In this document: positions 12,420 through 24,394 of the stretch, one piece after another
Numbering within the stretch: the stretch's first letter is position 1
How the letters are laid out: each line of letters opens with the position of its first letter
Origin: Felis catus
Lineage: Eukaryota
Assembly: GCF_018350175.1 (NCBI RefSeq)
Contig: NC_058368.1
Span: 54,252,001 to 54,316,000 of the forward strand
Direction of reading: 5' to 3'
DNA length: 64,000 bases
Program-made: the position numbers and the translations under genes
Notes under the pieces: model-generated
Databases searched by the model: none
Told to the model about the DNA's origin: nothing
What the model saw: only the letters and a program-made list of their open reading frames with translations

Positions 12420-12860
12420 GGTAGTTTGCATAACCCCAGAAGCAAATCCTGAAACAGGCATTCAAGTTCAAATTACTTACTTGAGAGATAATTTCAGGAA
12501 ATGTCAGTAGAGAGAAGGAAAGTGAAATAGGGAAGGAAAGGCAGCCATTAACAAATTCGTTAGCAAGCAGCTTACTACTGGGCACAACCACATTTTGCTT
12601 TCACTGAGAAAACATGGGTGTCTTTCAGAGTTACCACCAGGTGGGGAGAGCAAGCTAGAATATTTGTACACCAAACTCCCTTCTGTCATTGGTTGAGGGA
12701 TGCTCCTAGGGGCCGTTAACTCTTAAATTTTAAGTGGCTTTGGTAGCCAGATAAAATATAAAGGCAACAAGACACATGTGTAAGCAGTTGCAAGTTGCGA
12801 CAGCAGGTATTGAAATAATATATGTGGGGGGATCTGATTGGGACACCAATGATAATTGCT
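12420..12860 (-). mobile_element. ERVL-class LTR (LTR33-like)
   Basis: ccccagaagcaaatcctgaaacaggcattcaagt..gtgaaatagggaaggaaaggcagcc..tcattggttgaggg resembles antisense LTR33. Confidence 0.65.
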
Positions 12861-13669
12861 CTCACTTCAAAGTCATACTCACAGAACAGGAAACATAGAA
12901 AGGGAAACTATAAAACTTTGGCATTTTCAGTGACTATTTTATTTTAGAATATGTAAATTGTATACAATATATACATGAATCTCTTTTTAGCCTATTTTTA
13001 ATTCCTGTAACATCAAGGGCAAACTTTTCATTTCTTTGTGTGACTATTTCTTTTAGTATCTTATCCGTGTTTATCGCTTAGATATATCACCTGATTTTGT
13101 CCTCTGGACATCTGTTTTTGTTTTTTTGTTTTTGTAAAACAAAAACAAAGAAACCTCTTAATTTTGTTCAGTGATTTTGGGTTAGTTTCTTTGCCATAAT
13201 CTTCATTTGGACAGTTCTATTAATTTGGTTTTCCTGAAAGAGTGATGGTGTATAAATTTAGATCCTGAAGAGGAGAAAGAAAGGGAATGTATTAAAAATC
13301 GTATTTGTGCCTCCTATTCCTGTGGTCAGAGCAGATATCACTAATGGATTTCATCATTCCCTTTGAGAGACACTTTACCCTGAGTTTCAATCACGTTTGT
13401 CAGTATCACTAACCTTGTGTCATGTTGCCCTTCCAATGAGTTCTTTTACAATTAAAATCACAAATTTTGATCAGTTCAACAGCCTACCTTCTCCTCATCT
13501 ATCCCTGGGTTTCAGAATGCTTCTGTAGTAACTTGCATACCAACCAGATGAATACTGTTACCATTTGTCTTCCCCAATTTCATTTGGATTCTGTGACTTG
13601 GCGACGTCTGGTAATGTTTAGATGTCGCCCTAGTCACCTCTGTTGCTTTCTCCACTGAAACGATTTTTA

Positions 13670-14235
13670 TTACTTATAACCTTTTTATCACAAGTGTCAG
13701 AAAACCAGCTTGAACTAGCTTAAGCAATTGGAAGAATTTGTTAAAATCTGGGATGTCTCAGAGAATAAAAGGATGGGAATAGGACAGGTCTTCAGTAACA
13801 CCTGGAACCTGGGGATTACATTCCATTTCTCTCCATCATGTGTTTATTGTCTTCTTTACAAATCTACTTATTTTTTTTGGTGCAGATCACATCTTCTCTG
13901 TAGGAAACATGGGAAGGAAACATGGGAAACATATGGTAGGAAACATGGGAAAAACAAAGAAGGGACAATAGGGCGTGGCATTCTGATTTCTGTCATAAAA
14001 CCTGGATTACTAGAAAGACACTGACTTTAAGGCCCAGTGCCAGAAATTCTAGATGGATGCTCTGGTTGGTTATTCTTGAGTCAGATGCCCATGTCTGGGC
14101 TAGTCAGCTATGGCCTAGGAGGCATATTTGTGGTAGAATATCTGGGCAGTTCCAGTGGGAAGACATGGATGAAGCACAGCAGACAGGACAGTTACTGGAA
14201 CTATGAGGATGGCGGACAAATGCTACCATAGACAC
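13670..14235 (-). mobile_element. Old MaLR LTR (MLT1K/L-like)
   Basis: cacaagtgtcagaaaaccagcttgaactagcttaagcaa at left end; tctggttggttattcttgagtcagatgcccat internally. Confidence 0.6.
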
Positions 14236-14282
14236 TGATTCATCAACCTTTTCTACTTTCCTTAAGTTGTAACCTCAAAATC

Positions 14283-14743
14283 TTGCCATTTGTGACAACA
14301 TGGATGGACCTAGAGACTATTAGGCTAAGTGAAATAAGTCAGATGGAGAAAGACAAAAAAAAATATGATTTCCCTTATATATGGAATCCAAAACCAAAAC
14401 AGACGAATAAACAAACAAAATAAGAAGTAGAAACAAACCCATAAATATAGAGAATAAACTGATGGTTGCCAGGGGCACGGAGGTGGGGGGAGGATCAAAG
14501 TGGCTGAAGGGAAGTGGGAGATACAGGATTCCAGTTATGAAATGAACCAGTCATGGGGATAAAGGGTACAGCATAGGAAATAGAGTCAATGGTACTCTAA
14601 TAGTGTTGTATGGTGACAGATGGTAGTGACACTTGTGGCGAACTTAGAATAACGTATAGACTTGTCGAATCACTGTGTTGCACTCCTGAAACTAACATAA
14701 CATTGTGTGTCAACTGTACTTCAGCAGAAACAAGTAGGAAAAA
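14283..14743 (+). mobile_element. 5'-truncated carnivore-type L1 3' end
   Basis: ORF2 end (ttgccatttgtgacaacatggatggacctagag..ctaagtgaaataagtcag) plus 3' UTR; perfect TSD ttgtaacctcaaaatc at 14267-14282 and 14744-14759. Confidence 0.9.
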
Positions 14744-15832
14744 TTGTAACCTCAAAATCCTTCATTCTTCTAAAAAATGACCTTACTTTCTATTTTATGA
14801 AATTAATATGAACATGTACCTAAACCTTTGTTCCTTTTTCTAACCTTCCCCACTTTTATAATAAAATAGTTGTACTTCATACTTAGGGTGAATTTCTGGC
14901 TCCTCATTATTTTTGCTCTGTCATGTTGTCTTTGAAGTGGTCCCCACGACTCTTGCCTTTACACTGTCTGCTTCAACTCACACACTATTGCTAGATAAAT
15001 CTTCCAAATCGGGAGTTTTCTCCATAATGCTCTCTTTGGAGGTGCTTTCTCAGGATACTTATTCCAATAAAATATGGTTAAAAAAAATCTATTTAGTTTG
15101 GCATTCAGGGCTCTCTTGTCCAAAACATGCTGCACCTGCTGCCCAGATCTATCTCTTATTGTTCCCCTCTATGTATATATTATGCTTTAGAGGCTCTCAT
15201 GCATTTTTAAAACAGATTCTGAATTTTTTTACTTCAGTGCCTTTCTTCTTTTGCTGCCAATATCTGTAGTTCTATTTTTACATTTTGAAATTTCATTTAC
15301 CTTCCAAGAGGAGCCACCTCTTCTGAAATGTGTTCCTTTGTCCCCCTACTGAAATATTTTGATCTTTTTACAAAGGCCAGTGTCCCTTGAACTCTGCTTC
15401 TGTTGTGGTCACTGGAGGACTTGTGTTAGTCTGTGCATTAATCTAAAATTTTAATCCAAACATTACATAGAACTAGCACTCCTTGTGTTAAAAAAAAAGT
15501 TAGACTTATTTAGAATAGACCTACTTATTTAGAATAGACTTTATGTGATCCAATGGGAAATAAATACCTTTGCAAGTTTTCTCCAGTAGAGTCCACTTGA
15601 ATACAATATTTGCCACAAATACAGGCTTTACTGAAGGTTACATAGAGGCTTTAGTTGAGGGGTTTACATAAAAACACACGCAGCTTTTGTGGACACCAGA
15701 GCTGTCCATACAGTTTCTAGGTAACATACACATAAGTAGTACAATTTTTAGGTACACACAGCATCCCGTCCTGTGGACTCTTTCCTTTAACATCCATTTC
15801 TCTTCTGCTCCTTTACTTCTTTCACAAGAGTA

Positions 15833-16006
15833 GGGATACCTGGGTGGATCCGATTCTTGATTTCAGTTCAGGTAATGATCTCACGGTTTGTGGGTTCGAG
15901 CCTTGTGCTGTCAGTGCAGAACCTGCTTGGAATTCTCTCTCTCTCTCTCTCTCTCTCAGCCTCTCTCTGCCCCTCCCAACTCACATGTGCTCTCTCTCCC
16001 TCAAAA

Positions 16007-16045
<39 letters not shown>

Positions 16046-16059
16046 GCTTAAAGAAAACA
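15833..16059 (+). mobile_element. CanSINE with internal deletions and (AAAT)n tail
   Basis: gggatacctgggtgg..cttgatttcagttcaggtaatgatctcacgg; (CT)n; (AAAT)n ~16004-16045; TSD ttctttcacaagagta / ttctttcataagagca. Confidence 0.9.
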
Positions 16060-17062
16060 TTAGTTCTTTCATAAGAGCAAGATATCAACATCCTTTGTGC
16101 TTTCTTTCCATTTCCTTCTTTAGAGTAAGTTCTCTCTGAAGTCTTGACATAGGCCAACATCCTTCTTATGCATTTTACTGAATTTCAGGCAGGGGTTGGA
16201 TCTTTATGGTCGTTGAATCTCTTGTAGCAACAGCAAACATGCCTCGCGCACACTTGAATTACTAGGGAGCACTGAATGACTCAGACGTTAAATGTCCCGT
16301 TGATTCTACATATTCAAGTAATATGGGGACAGAAACAAAACTAGAATTATGGAAGACATATCAAACTTTCAGGTTTGCCTTTTAAACTTGGAAAGATTCT
16401 AGCAATTATGAACATGTCTTCCTGTGAATTTACACCAGGACATTCCTTCCTTTGTGAGGTAGTGAAAAGTAGAAGGGAACTAAATATGTGATGTAAATGA
16501 AATTAGTAGCTTGTATGGGAAAATGTATTGGGGAGAACATCCATATTCATAAATAATTTTATTAGCTCTGTTGCTGGTTTCACTTATCTACAGGAAGTGT
16601 CTTCAGTACGAGATATTGCCCTGACAACTTAAATAGTCTTCCAGTGCTTGGAATGACTTTAATGAATTCTCTTATTTTCCCCAATATAAGAAGAATTAAT
16701 TCTTTATGAAGTCATAATTAGGAATTTTTTTCAATGGTTTGGATTGCAAAACTCATCCATGTACTAATTAAGAACATCATTCTCTTATGACTGAATTAAT
16801 TTTTGCATGAATGTGGCTTTTAGAATGGTGTACTGGAGGTAATCTTAAGTTTCCAATAATTTTATATTGTTTATAGTTTGCCAATGAAAAACTTTTTTAA
16901 AATAAAATTATTTGAAAGGATATAAACTTCAAAATATCAATTTAAAACAATAAATGTGGAATTTTCTCCTTGACTACTCCAAATTTTACTGGGTCACATG
17001 AGCTAGGTTGTTGAAGCATATTTTGGTAGAAATTATTGTCCTGAGTGCACCAGATATGCATA

Positions 17063-17803
17063 TTTTATTAGTCAAGTTTAGATCAGAGAAACAGAGCCAC
17101 TAGGAGTAACAAAGACTTGGGGGTTTATCATAGGGATTTGACTGTACACATTTGTAGGAACTTGTCAAAGAGTTTATATAAGCTGTTTTTCTACATTGGA
17201 TGCTGGGCCTGAGGTCAGCAGGGCAGGCCAGCAAGGAGGAAAGATGGTGAAATCGGTGAGGGTCAGGACAAATTTGTAGCCACGAGGGAAGCTGGATCCC
17301 ATGTAGGTTTCTTGCCACCACCAAGCCTCGACATCAGCGCTGCTGGTGACTTGAGTGAGACTACTAGCGTCCTTCATGGTGGAGCCCAAATCATGGAGCT
17401 CATGGAGCCCGGCTCATGGAGCCCAGCTCATGGAGCTGGCCTAACAGTCAGAGAAACTAGATGGAGAGAGAGTGCTATTGTGGCCACAGGAGCTGCACAC
17501 ACCCTAGGGTCGGGGGAAGCTGCAGGAGGAGAGCCGGTGGTGGTTGGAGTTGCTGCAGGCTGGCTGAGATCCACTTAGACTGGGTGAGTCAGCCGGGCAG
17601 AAAACAACACACCACAGTTGAAATGACACCCCGTGTCTGATGTTGACCTTCGTGGTGTAAAAGGATACAGCTGCTTCTTCTTTCCACCTTTCAGCTATCA
17701 CCCTAAATATCTCTCGTGGTTCACAGGGACTTGGAACTTTAAAAGGAATTCTGAAAATCATAGCTCCAGCATAGACGAGCTGACATGGCACAAATCACCT
17801 CGC
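17063..17803 (-). mobile_element. ERVL LTR (MLT2F-like)
   Basis: tattagtcaagtttagatcagagaaacagagccactaggag at left and ggaattctgaaaatcatagctccagcatagacgagctgacat at right match antisense MLT2 ends. Confidence 0.75.
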
Positions 17804-19649
17804 ATACATTAAAAACAAAACATGAAATAAAAATCCAAACAATCTCATCTTCTCCCTAGAACAAAGACTTAATATCTTTTGGTCAATAGTATGCTTTCCT
17901 CAGGATTTTCATTAGAGCTTCACTGCCTGCATCAGATAACATCTTCGGAACTCTCATCCAGGTCACCTTTCCTCCAGACACACTGGATAAGATCTTAATT
18001 GCCACAGATATTAAGAGAAGATAGTAAGATAATAAGGGATGCAACAGTCATGTGATGTGGTAATGTCAGTCTGGCCCTGGAAGCTTTAAGAAAGCTATTG
18101 GGTAATAAGGACTTGGAGACTTGCATGTTTAACTTCTTCATCCATGGTGACCTGATGGGTATGTTTATCATGATGGTAAAGGTCTTGCATTCAAATTCAA
18201 ACCCCTTCTGAGAGGACTGGAGGACTATTTAAGTTATCAGGGCAGTCCAATAATGAACCAGGGCTTCATACAAACCATTAGTGAAAAGTGCTAGAATACG
18301 TGTAACACACAGGGCAATAAACAAAGAGAAACTTGTGTGGCATGTAAGAGAAGTATAATGCCTACAAACTGCCCAAGGCTTTGAAAGCAATTTACTGAGA
18401 AACCTTTTACAGTGGCTCACTTTGAACCACTGATAATTAACCAAACAAATAATTCAAAGTACGTCCAACTGGTTTCAGCACATTTCCTTAGGGAGTTGTA
18501 ACATTTTAAATTTCATATTATGATACTGTTGGATCAGTGGCTTCAGTGGCAGCATGTAAACATAAAAAGCTTGATTCATGATCGTATGGGTAATGACTTG
18601 AGATCAATATTTTAAATGATGTAATAGAAAAGCAGCAAGGAATCTCTTGTAAGTAATAAACAGCAATTGAGCCTTAGTCGTGGGCATAGGGGTCATTATG
18701 AAATCTGCCAAGTCTATAGACTTATGCTTACACAAATTATCGAGTGATAAAAGAGATAACATTTCCTCATAATAGCAATGTAATTTCATAACTTATTAAA
18801 TACTATAGATGTATTCATGTATGACACCAGGAAACCAAAACTATTATTCTTACCACTTATTCACGCAAGGTCTGAAGTTTAGCAGTTGATGTTCCTGCCT
18901 GGCAGGAAATCTTTTTTTTTCCTCCATCTTGATATGCAGATGTAAAGCTTGTCTTACTCATACTGTGTGACATTATGGAAGAGGAAGTTTGGGCCAGAAG
19001 AACATCTTCTTAAGGGATCTGCTAGTGCTAGTTTCTACTTCTTTATCATGGGGAAGGAGGCGCCACTGTGTCTTTCTCACAGGGTTACCCTGAGGATCAC
19101 TGAACATGGTAGAAGACAAAGTGAGTTGTAGACAGCAAAGTACCATGAAAATGATAGTTAATTTGTGATTTGCATCTCAGGTTTGTAGTGCCTCAGGGGC
19201 TAGTGACAAAGGGCAGTCATTCATGTAGAAGGGCCTTATTGAGACGTCTCTGTTTTATTTGTGAAACTTACTTACTTTCTGCTCTAGACATACTCTTCTG
19301 GATGCTCACTGAAAATACACATAATTTTATCTTTTTCATAGCTTAACATTCTTTTCTGATGAACTGCGAAGTATGAACTGAATATGGGACACAGCGTCAT
19401 ATTTGCTTTTTCTACCTTCATTATTCTAACTGCTCATGTACAGCAAAATCTTCAATTGCAGTTTACATATTACTCATTTCCAGATTTGATTTGAAAAACT
19501 GTTTTGGGACATGGGATTGCCTTTTCAGTAGATACAAGCACCCTTTTCACTCCCTTTCTTCTACTCATTCCACAGCCATTCAGTCTCCCATTCTTTGGTC
19601 TATCAGCAGACTCCTGCCAACACTACATTTTTTTTTTTAAATCTTGCCT

Positions 19650-21416
19650 AGATCATTGTGTTGGTTGATTTTCCAACATTCCTGTCCAACTAAAACCAAA
19701 TCTTGAGTTTTTTCAACTCCTTGATTTCTTTGTTCCTATTCCAGGCTCAGGGAGATTGCTAGAAAAAATCAAGCATCCTGAATCCACACATACCCTTGTA
19801 AATGTCCTGTCTGGACTTAGGTGGAACTCACCTAACCATAGGCAAAATGAACATACCAGCCAAATAATTGTGTTTACAAGATGCATTCTCCTGAATCAAG
19901 CCTCTACTGCCCACAGGCTTTGTTCTCTTCTGCACTGCTCAGACTCTGACCCTTTGCCTCCTCATTCCATCTGTGTTTGCCCCATTTCCAGTGTTGGCAT
20001 CTTAGCTTATTCTTCCCAACCTCATCGGCTAGCTTCAAGGTAATCTGTGTGGGTTGCTATGTTTAAACTGATTATCCAATATTTTGAATAGCCTAGCTTG
20101 TCCCCAGGACTATGTCTTTTGAACTTCTCCCATGGATAGCCTCGAAAAGTTTGGTGTCTTCCAGATCTGTCTTTTTCTGAGAGGATCAACAGTTAGAAAT
20201 TGGTTTCCAACCCTAATTGAACCCACATTCCCCTTGGCAATACTTTTCTTCACTATTCTAAGCAACATTGTTTTCCTGAAGCACATACTGCCAATCTTAC
20301 CCCTTTTCTCATACTGTGTTGCTCTAGGCCTTTCATGTTTAATCAGTGACTTTCTCTTTTGCTTCCTAGAAAAAACAGAAGTCATGAAAATGCACACTCC
20401 TGTCACCCCTCCTCCCATATTTGTCCCCTCACAAATTCTACTGTTCTCTTCAAATCTCAGAGGAAGAAATTTTCTCCATCTTGTTCAAGGGTGTCCCCTC
20501 TCTTTTCTCCTGACTGTGATCCTGAAGTCTTATTTTCAGCCCCCAAGCATGTTGAACTCTTCCTATTGCTTACAGAACACACACACCTATCACCTATAAG
20601 CCTGTTATTGTCATTCTATTTTCTTATTTTCTTTTACTCTTTCAATTTTTGTAGAAGTAGCTTCCCTTAATGCTGCTGCACCTGTCTGCTCACCTTCTCT
20701 AAGGTGGACTTCTTTTGCTTATATCATTTATTTGTTTGCTCATGATTGCATTAATTCTAGATGTATTTATTGAGTTCTTGTTATATATCAGCCTGATTCC
20801 ATACCCTGCTACATCCAGGTCTCCACGCTTCCAGAATTGCTTTCTAAAAAATTATGCTACTTACTTGCTTGGGATCCTTCACTGGCTCCCCAATGCTCTT
20901 TAAAGTCCAACCCCCCTGCTTAGCATGGCTTGTGAGGCTCTTCATGTTCTGGAACCCATCCTCCAAGCTAGTGTCATCTCTGAACCCCCTACACCTCAAA
21001 CTCTGCCCTCAAGACAAAGTGACTTCCTTCACTAACTGTGCTGTGCTTTCTCTTGTTGTTCGTCTCCACACATACTGTTTTCTCTGCCCAGAATACTTGA
21101 CTATCTTTAGCTCTCCCTTTTGCTTTTTTACACCTTTTCAGCACTTAACTGACATGCAACCACTCTTGGGAAGCCTTTTGGTCTCTTCTGCAATTGATCT
21201 GGTGCTCCACCTCTGTAGTCTCTCAGCACATGAGGTTTCATCTCCATATCTTGGTTTTACTCTTTTATTATCCTGTTTACTAGTTTGTCTCCACTAGACC
21301 ATAAACTCCATGTGGGAAGCAGCTTTCTTTTTATTGTTTACTATTTTATCTCAGAATATGGCAAAGCCATATTAGGCACTTAATACAAATAAGTTGCTGA
21401 ATGAATGGATGAATGA
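19650..21416 (+). mobile_element. Fragmented L2 including 3' end
   Basis: Clear 3' part 20860-21416 (ccttcactggctcccc.., ccactagaccataaactccatg.., tgctgaatgaatggatgaatga tail); weaker internal L2-like pieces ~19650-19960 and ~20345-20660. Confidence 0.65.
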
Positions 21417-21902
21417 GTCCTTGAAAAAAATCAAACTGCTACATGAGAATATCACTTTATCATAGAATCTTATGGAAAGTTTTACAATCATACATGGGAG
21501 ATTTTAAAGAATGGAGCTATTTCCCTGAAGTGAACATTTATGGGAGGATTGGCTTTAAGGAATTTCATGAAATAGTAATATGATGACAAGTTTCCTCATC
21601 CATTTGCTCATAATTCCTCTTAAATTCTGGCATTTTACGGCCAAGAATCTCAGGTTCCTCAGGTTCTATTGATGGTCTAGTTCCCTTACTGAGTAACTCT
21701 ATCCAGATTTTCCCATTCAGGTACCATCTCCCCAAATCCCTCTCTGCTATCAATATCGTCTGTCCACTTTCCTTTAGTCGCTTTGCAAGGCTATTTGCCC
21801 AATCTCTTACAGGCTTACATAAGAGTTTGATAATTTTATAATGAACTGTGCCTCACAGAGATCAGTTAAGTATTTTAATAAAGCCCCTATAGTTCCTTAA
21901 TT

Positions 21903-21904
<2 letters not shown>

Positions 21905-21934
<30 letters not shown>
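21905..21934. repeat. (ATT)10 microsatellite
   Basis: Direct reading. Confidence 0.95.
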
Positions 21935-21936
<2 letters not shown>

Positions 21937-24022
21937 TTGATACTAACATAAAGAATCTGTGGCAGACCAATGGAAGAGAGAGATTTTTGGTTTGTAGAAT
22001 TTTGTTTTCTTTTTTTAATGTCCTTTTAAATCACACCATGGAAGCAGCTGCTAATTTTGCCCACAGTTTAGCTCTTTCCTGAGAAGCTTGGGGGAAAAGG
22101 ATTGAAGAAGAGACATAGCAGAAGAAATGTCATATTAATTAATTCCTTCCTTTGTTCTCTCATTCCTCCCTGCCATGTTCCCTAATTTTCCTTAAATTTA
22201 GGAAATAAATGTTATCAAATGAAAATAAAATTTAATCAGTTTCCTATTGATTGGTGGAAGCTCCTCGTGGTTAAAGGACATGTCTTACCACAGCCAGCCT
22301 TCATGAACACATGTATCTTCATATGGTCAGCACTCACTAAAAGCTTGTGGGCTTGAAATGCCCTGGATTGGTCCTAGGTTTCCTGACCTTCTGCCTAGAG
22401 TTCTTTCTCTGATACTATTTTGCTGTATAAAGAGGGCATTACAAATTGAAAGTGGGCTCCTTATTAAACTTGATCTACTGCCTGTAGCCTTGGGCAATAC
22501 AGGATTAAACAAAGGACTTTCTAAATAGGTACAGGGTTAGAGAGGGAAGGGTAGTTTGTATCAATCACATCGACTTGCCCTTTGCTTATGGGACTAGCCC
22601 CTCCAGTTGATGATTTTTGGCTTCTCTCATGCTTAACAGAATTCATGTCGTAACCAAGGTGTGGATTATAACCAACACTGCAGATCCCCAGCCAAATTTG
22701 CACCAGCTAATGACTTTTTGCTGCCACTATGTATTAGTTTTAGCAATTAGTTATGGCCAAGTTTCATGTTGCCTTCAGGGAAATATGCTAGATGTTGAAA
22801 TGGAAATAGGTGAGGGGGGGATATGGTGTACAGGAGGCACATTTTGGAAAGTGAAGCTCAAGGGGAATATATATCATTGTGTTGACACAAAGCAGGTCAA
22901 GTCATCAGGAACTGCTTATAAGTAACATGGTTAGAGATGCCAGCCATTTGGGCATGATGGTGATTCATAGTAACTATCCCATGAAACACCTAATTGCAGC
23001 TGTCCATTATATTTCATTTATATGACTCCCATAGAGGTTCTCTTTTAATTCTTTGTAACTGCCCTGACTGCCTAGAGTGTACATACAAAACTGGCTTAAT
23101 CCAATTTCTGAATGAGGGATTAGTCATTTGTATAACTGGCATGGCACTTTGAAATTTTCTCTCTCTATGCAGTATATGTTTAAAAAGCAACAATCAGACA
23201 TTCTGTTCTTAACACTTACACATACATCTTTAGAGGATGGAAAGTTAGGTTTAGAAAATAATGAAGTTTAACCTTTTCAGTCTAAGGAAACTTTCCAAAG
23301 TACAAATTACACTAAATATTGGCAACAGGTTTCTAGGAAAAAGATTCTTATGAAGCTTACAAAAAGTTAGAAAAATCCTTAAGATCATCATTAGTCATTA
23401 GTCTAGTATGTAACTAAAACATGGAATACATGCAATTAATTCATAATTAAGATCAAGATAAGAGAATTTCTATAGAACTGAGAAAAAAGAACTGATTATT
23501 TTCCCCAAGCCCTATGCGTCATCATATAGTATACAGGACAAGTCTTGTTTCCGAGTCTCCCAACTGAGAAAAAGTGTTTTACACATAAAATGTCAGTTTT
23601 AACTCCTTGCCTTAAAAACCTCTTCTTTGATGGTACTGTCACCACTAAAGTTTAAGTGATTTGAAATTCAAATTTCTCATAATTTTGTGCTAGTATCTTC
23701 TATTTATCCAGTTAGCTTTCTTGGCCAACAAACATCCTATTATCTTTTTCAAGGAGTCACATATAGATCACTGAAACGTGAGAGGAAAATAGAAATTTTG
23801 TCATACCAAGAAATCACAGCAGCTTGTCCATTTTTAAGCTTCACATTTTGGAAACTAGAAATCATTTAGAAACAATGCAGAAAAATTTGGAAGAAAAGAA
23901 AACACAAACGCAGTGTAAAAGCTAATCAATTAGTAGCCTCACTTTCTCAAGAGACAAACCAGTTATCAGCAGTCTAATCAATGTCAGTAGCTCACAGGTG
24001 TTCGTGAAAACTGCAAAACTGT

Positions 24023-24199
24023 GGGGCGCCTGGGTGCTCAGTTGGTTAAGCATCTGACTCTTGGTTTTGACTCAGGTCATGATCTCTTGGTTTGTGGGAT
24101 CGAGTCCTGAGTTGGGCTCCATGCTGGCCGTGGAGCCTGCGTGGGATTGTCTCTCTCCCTCTCTCTCCCTGACGCTCCCTCGCTCTCTCACTCTCTCAA

Positions 24200-24232
<33 letters not shown>
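24023..24232 (+). mobile_element. CanSINE with (AATC)n tail
   Basis: ggggcgcctgggtgctcagttggttaagc head; tail converted to (AATC)n ~24200-24230; degenerate TSD aaactgcaaaactgt / aaacttgcaaaagtg. Confidence 0.93.
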
Positions 24233-24233
<1 letters not shown>

Positions 24234-24340
24234 CTTGCAAAAGTGGATCAAACAAATCTAGGTCTGTGTGGAAAAATAGATTTTCTAACAAAAGGATATT
24301 TCTTACTCAGGAATGTATTTAATCTACCTAGCTTTATTTT

Positions 24341-24394
24341 TTTATGGTAATTTCTTTTTTTTTAATATATGAAATTTATTGTCAAATTGGTTTC
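24341..24394 (-). mobile_element. Extremely truncated felid L1 (micro-insertion)
   Basis: atatatgaaatttattgtcaaattggtttc nearly identical to the L1 terminus at 8970-8999; perfect TSD ctacctagctttatttt at 24324-24340 and 24395-24411. Confidence 0.85.

Noticed and set aside
18892..18908. Perfect inverted repeat ttcctgcc-t-ggcaggaa
   Set aside because: An 8-bp arm palindrome is expected about once per 64 kb for a given spacer.
20132..21297. ORFs of 155, 103 and 147 aa with hydrophobic composition
   Set aside because: Lie largely in pyrimidine-rich L2 remnants; composition-driven, with no recognisable homology.
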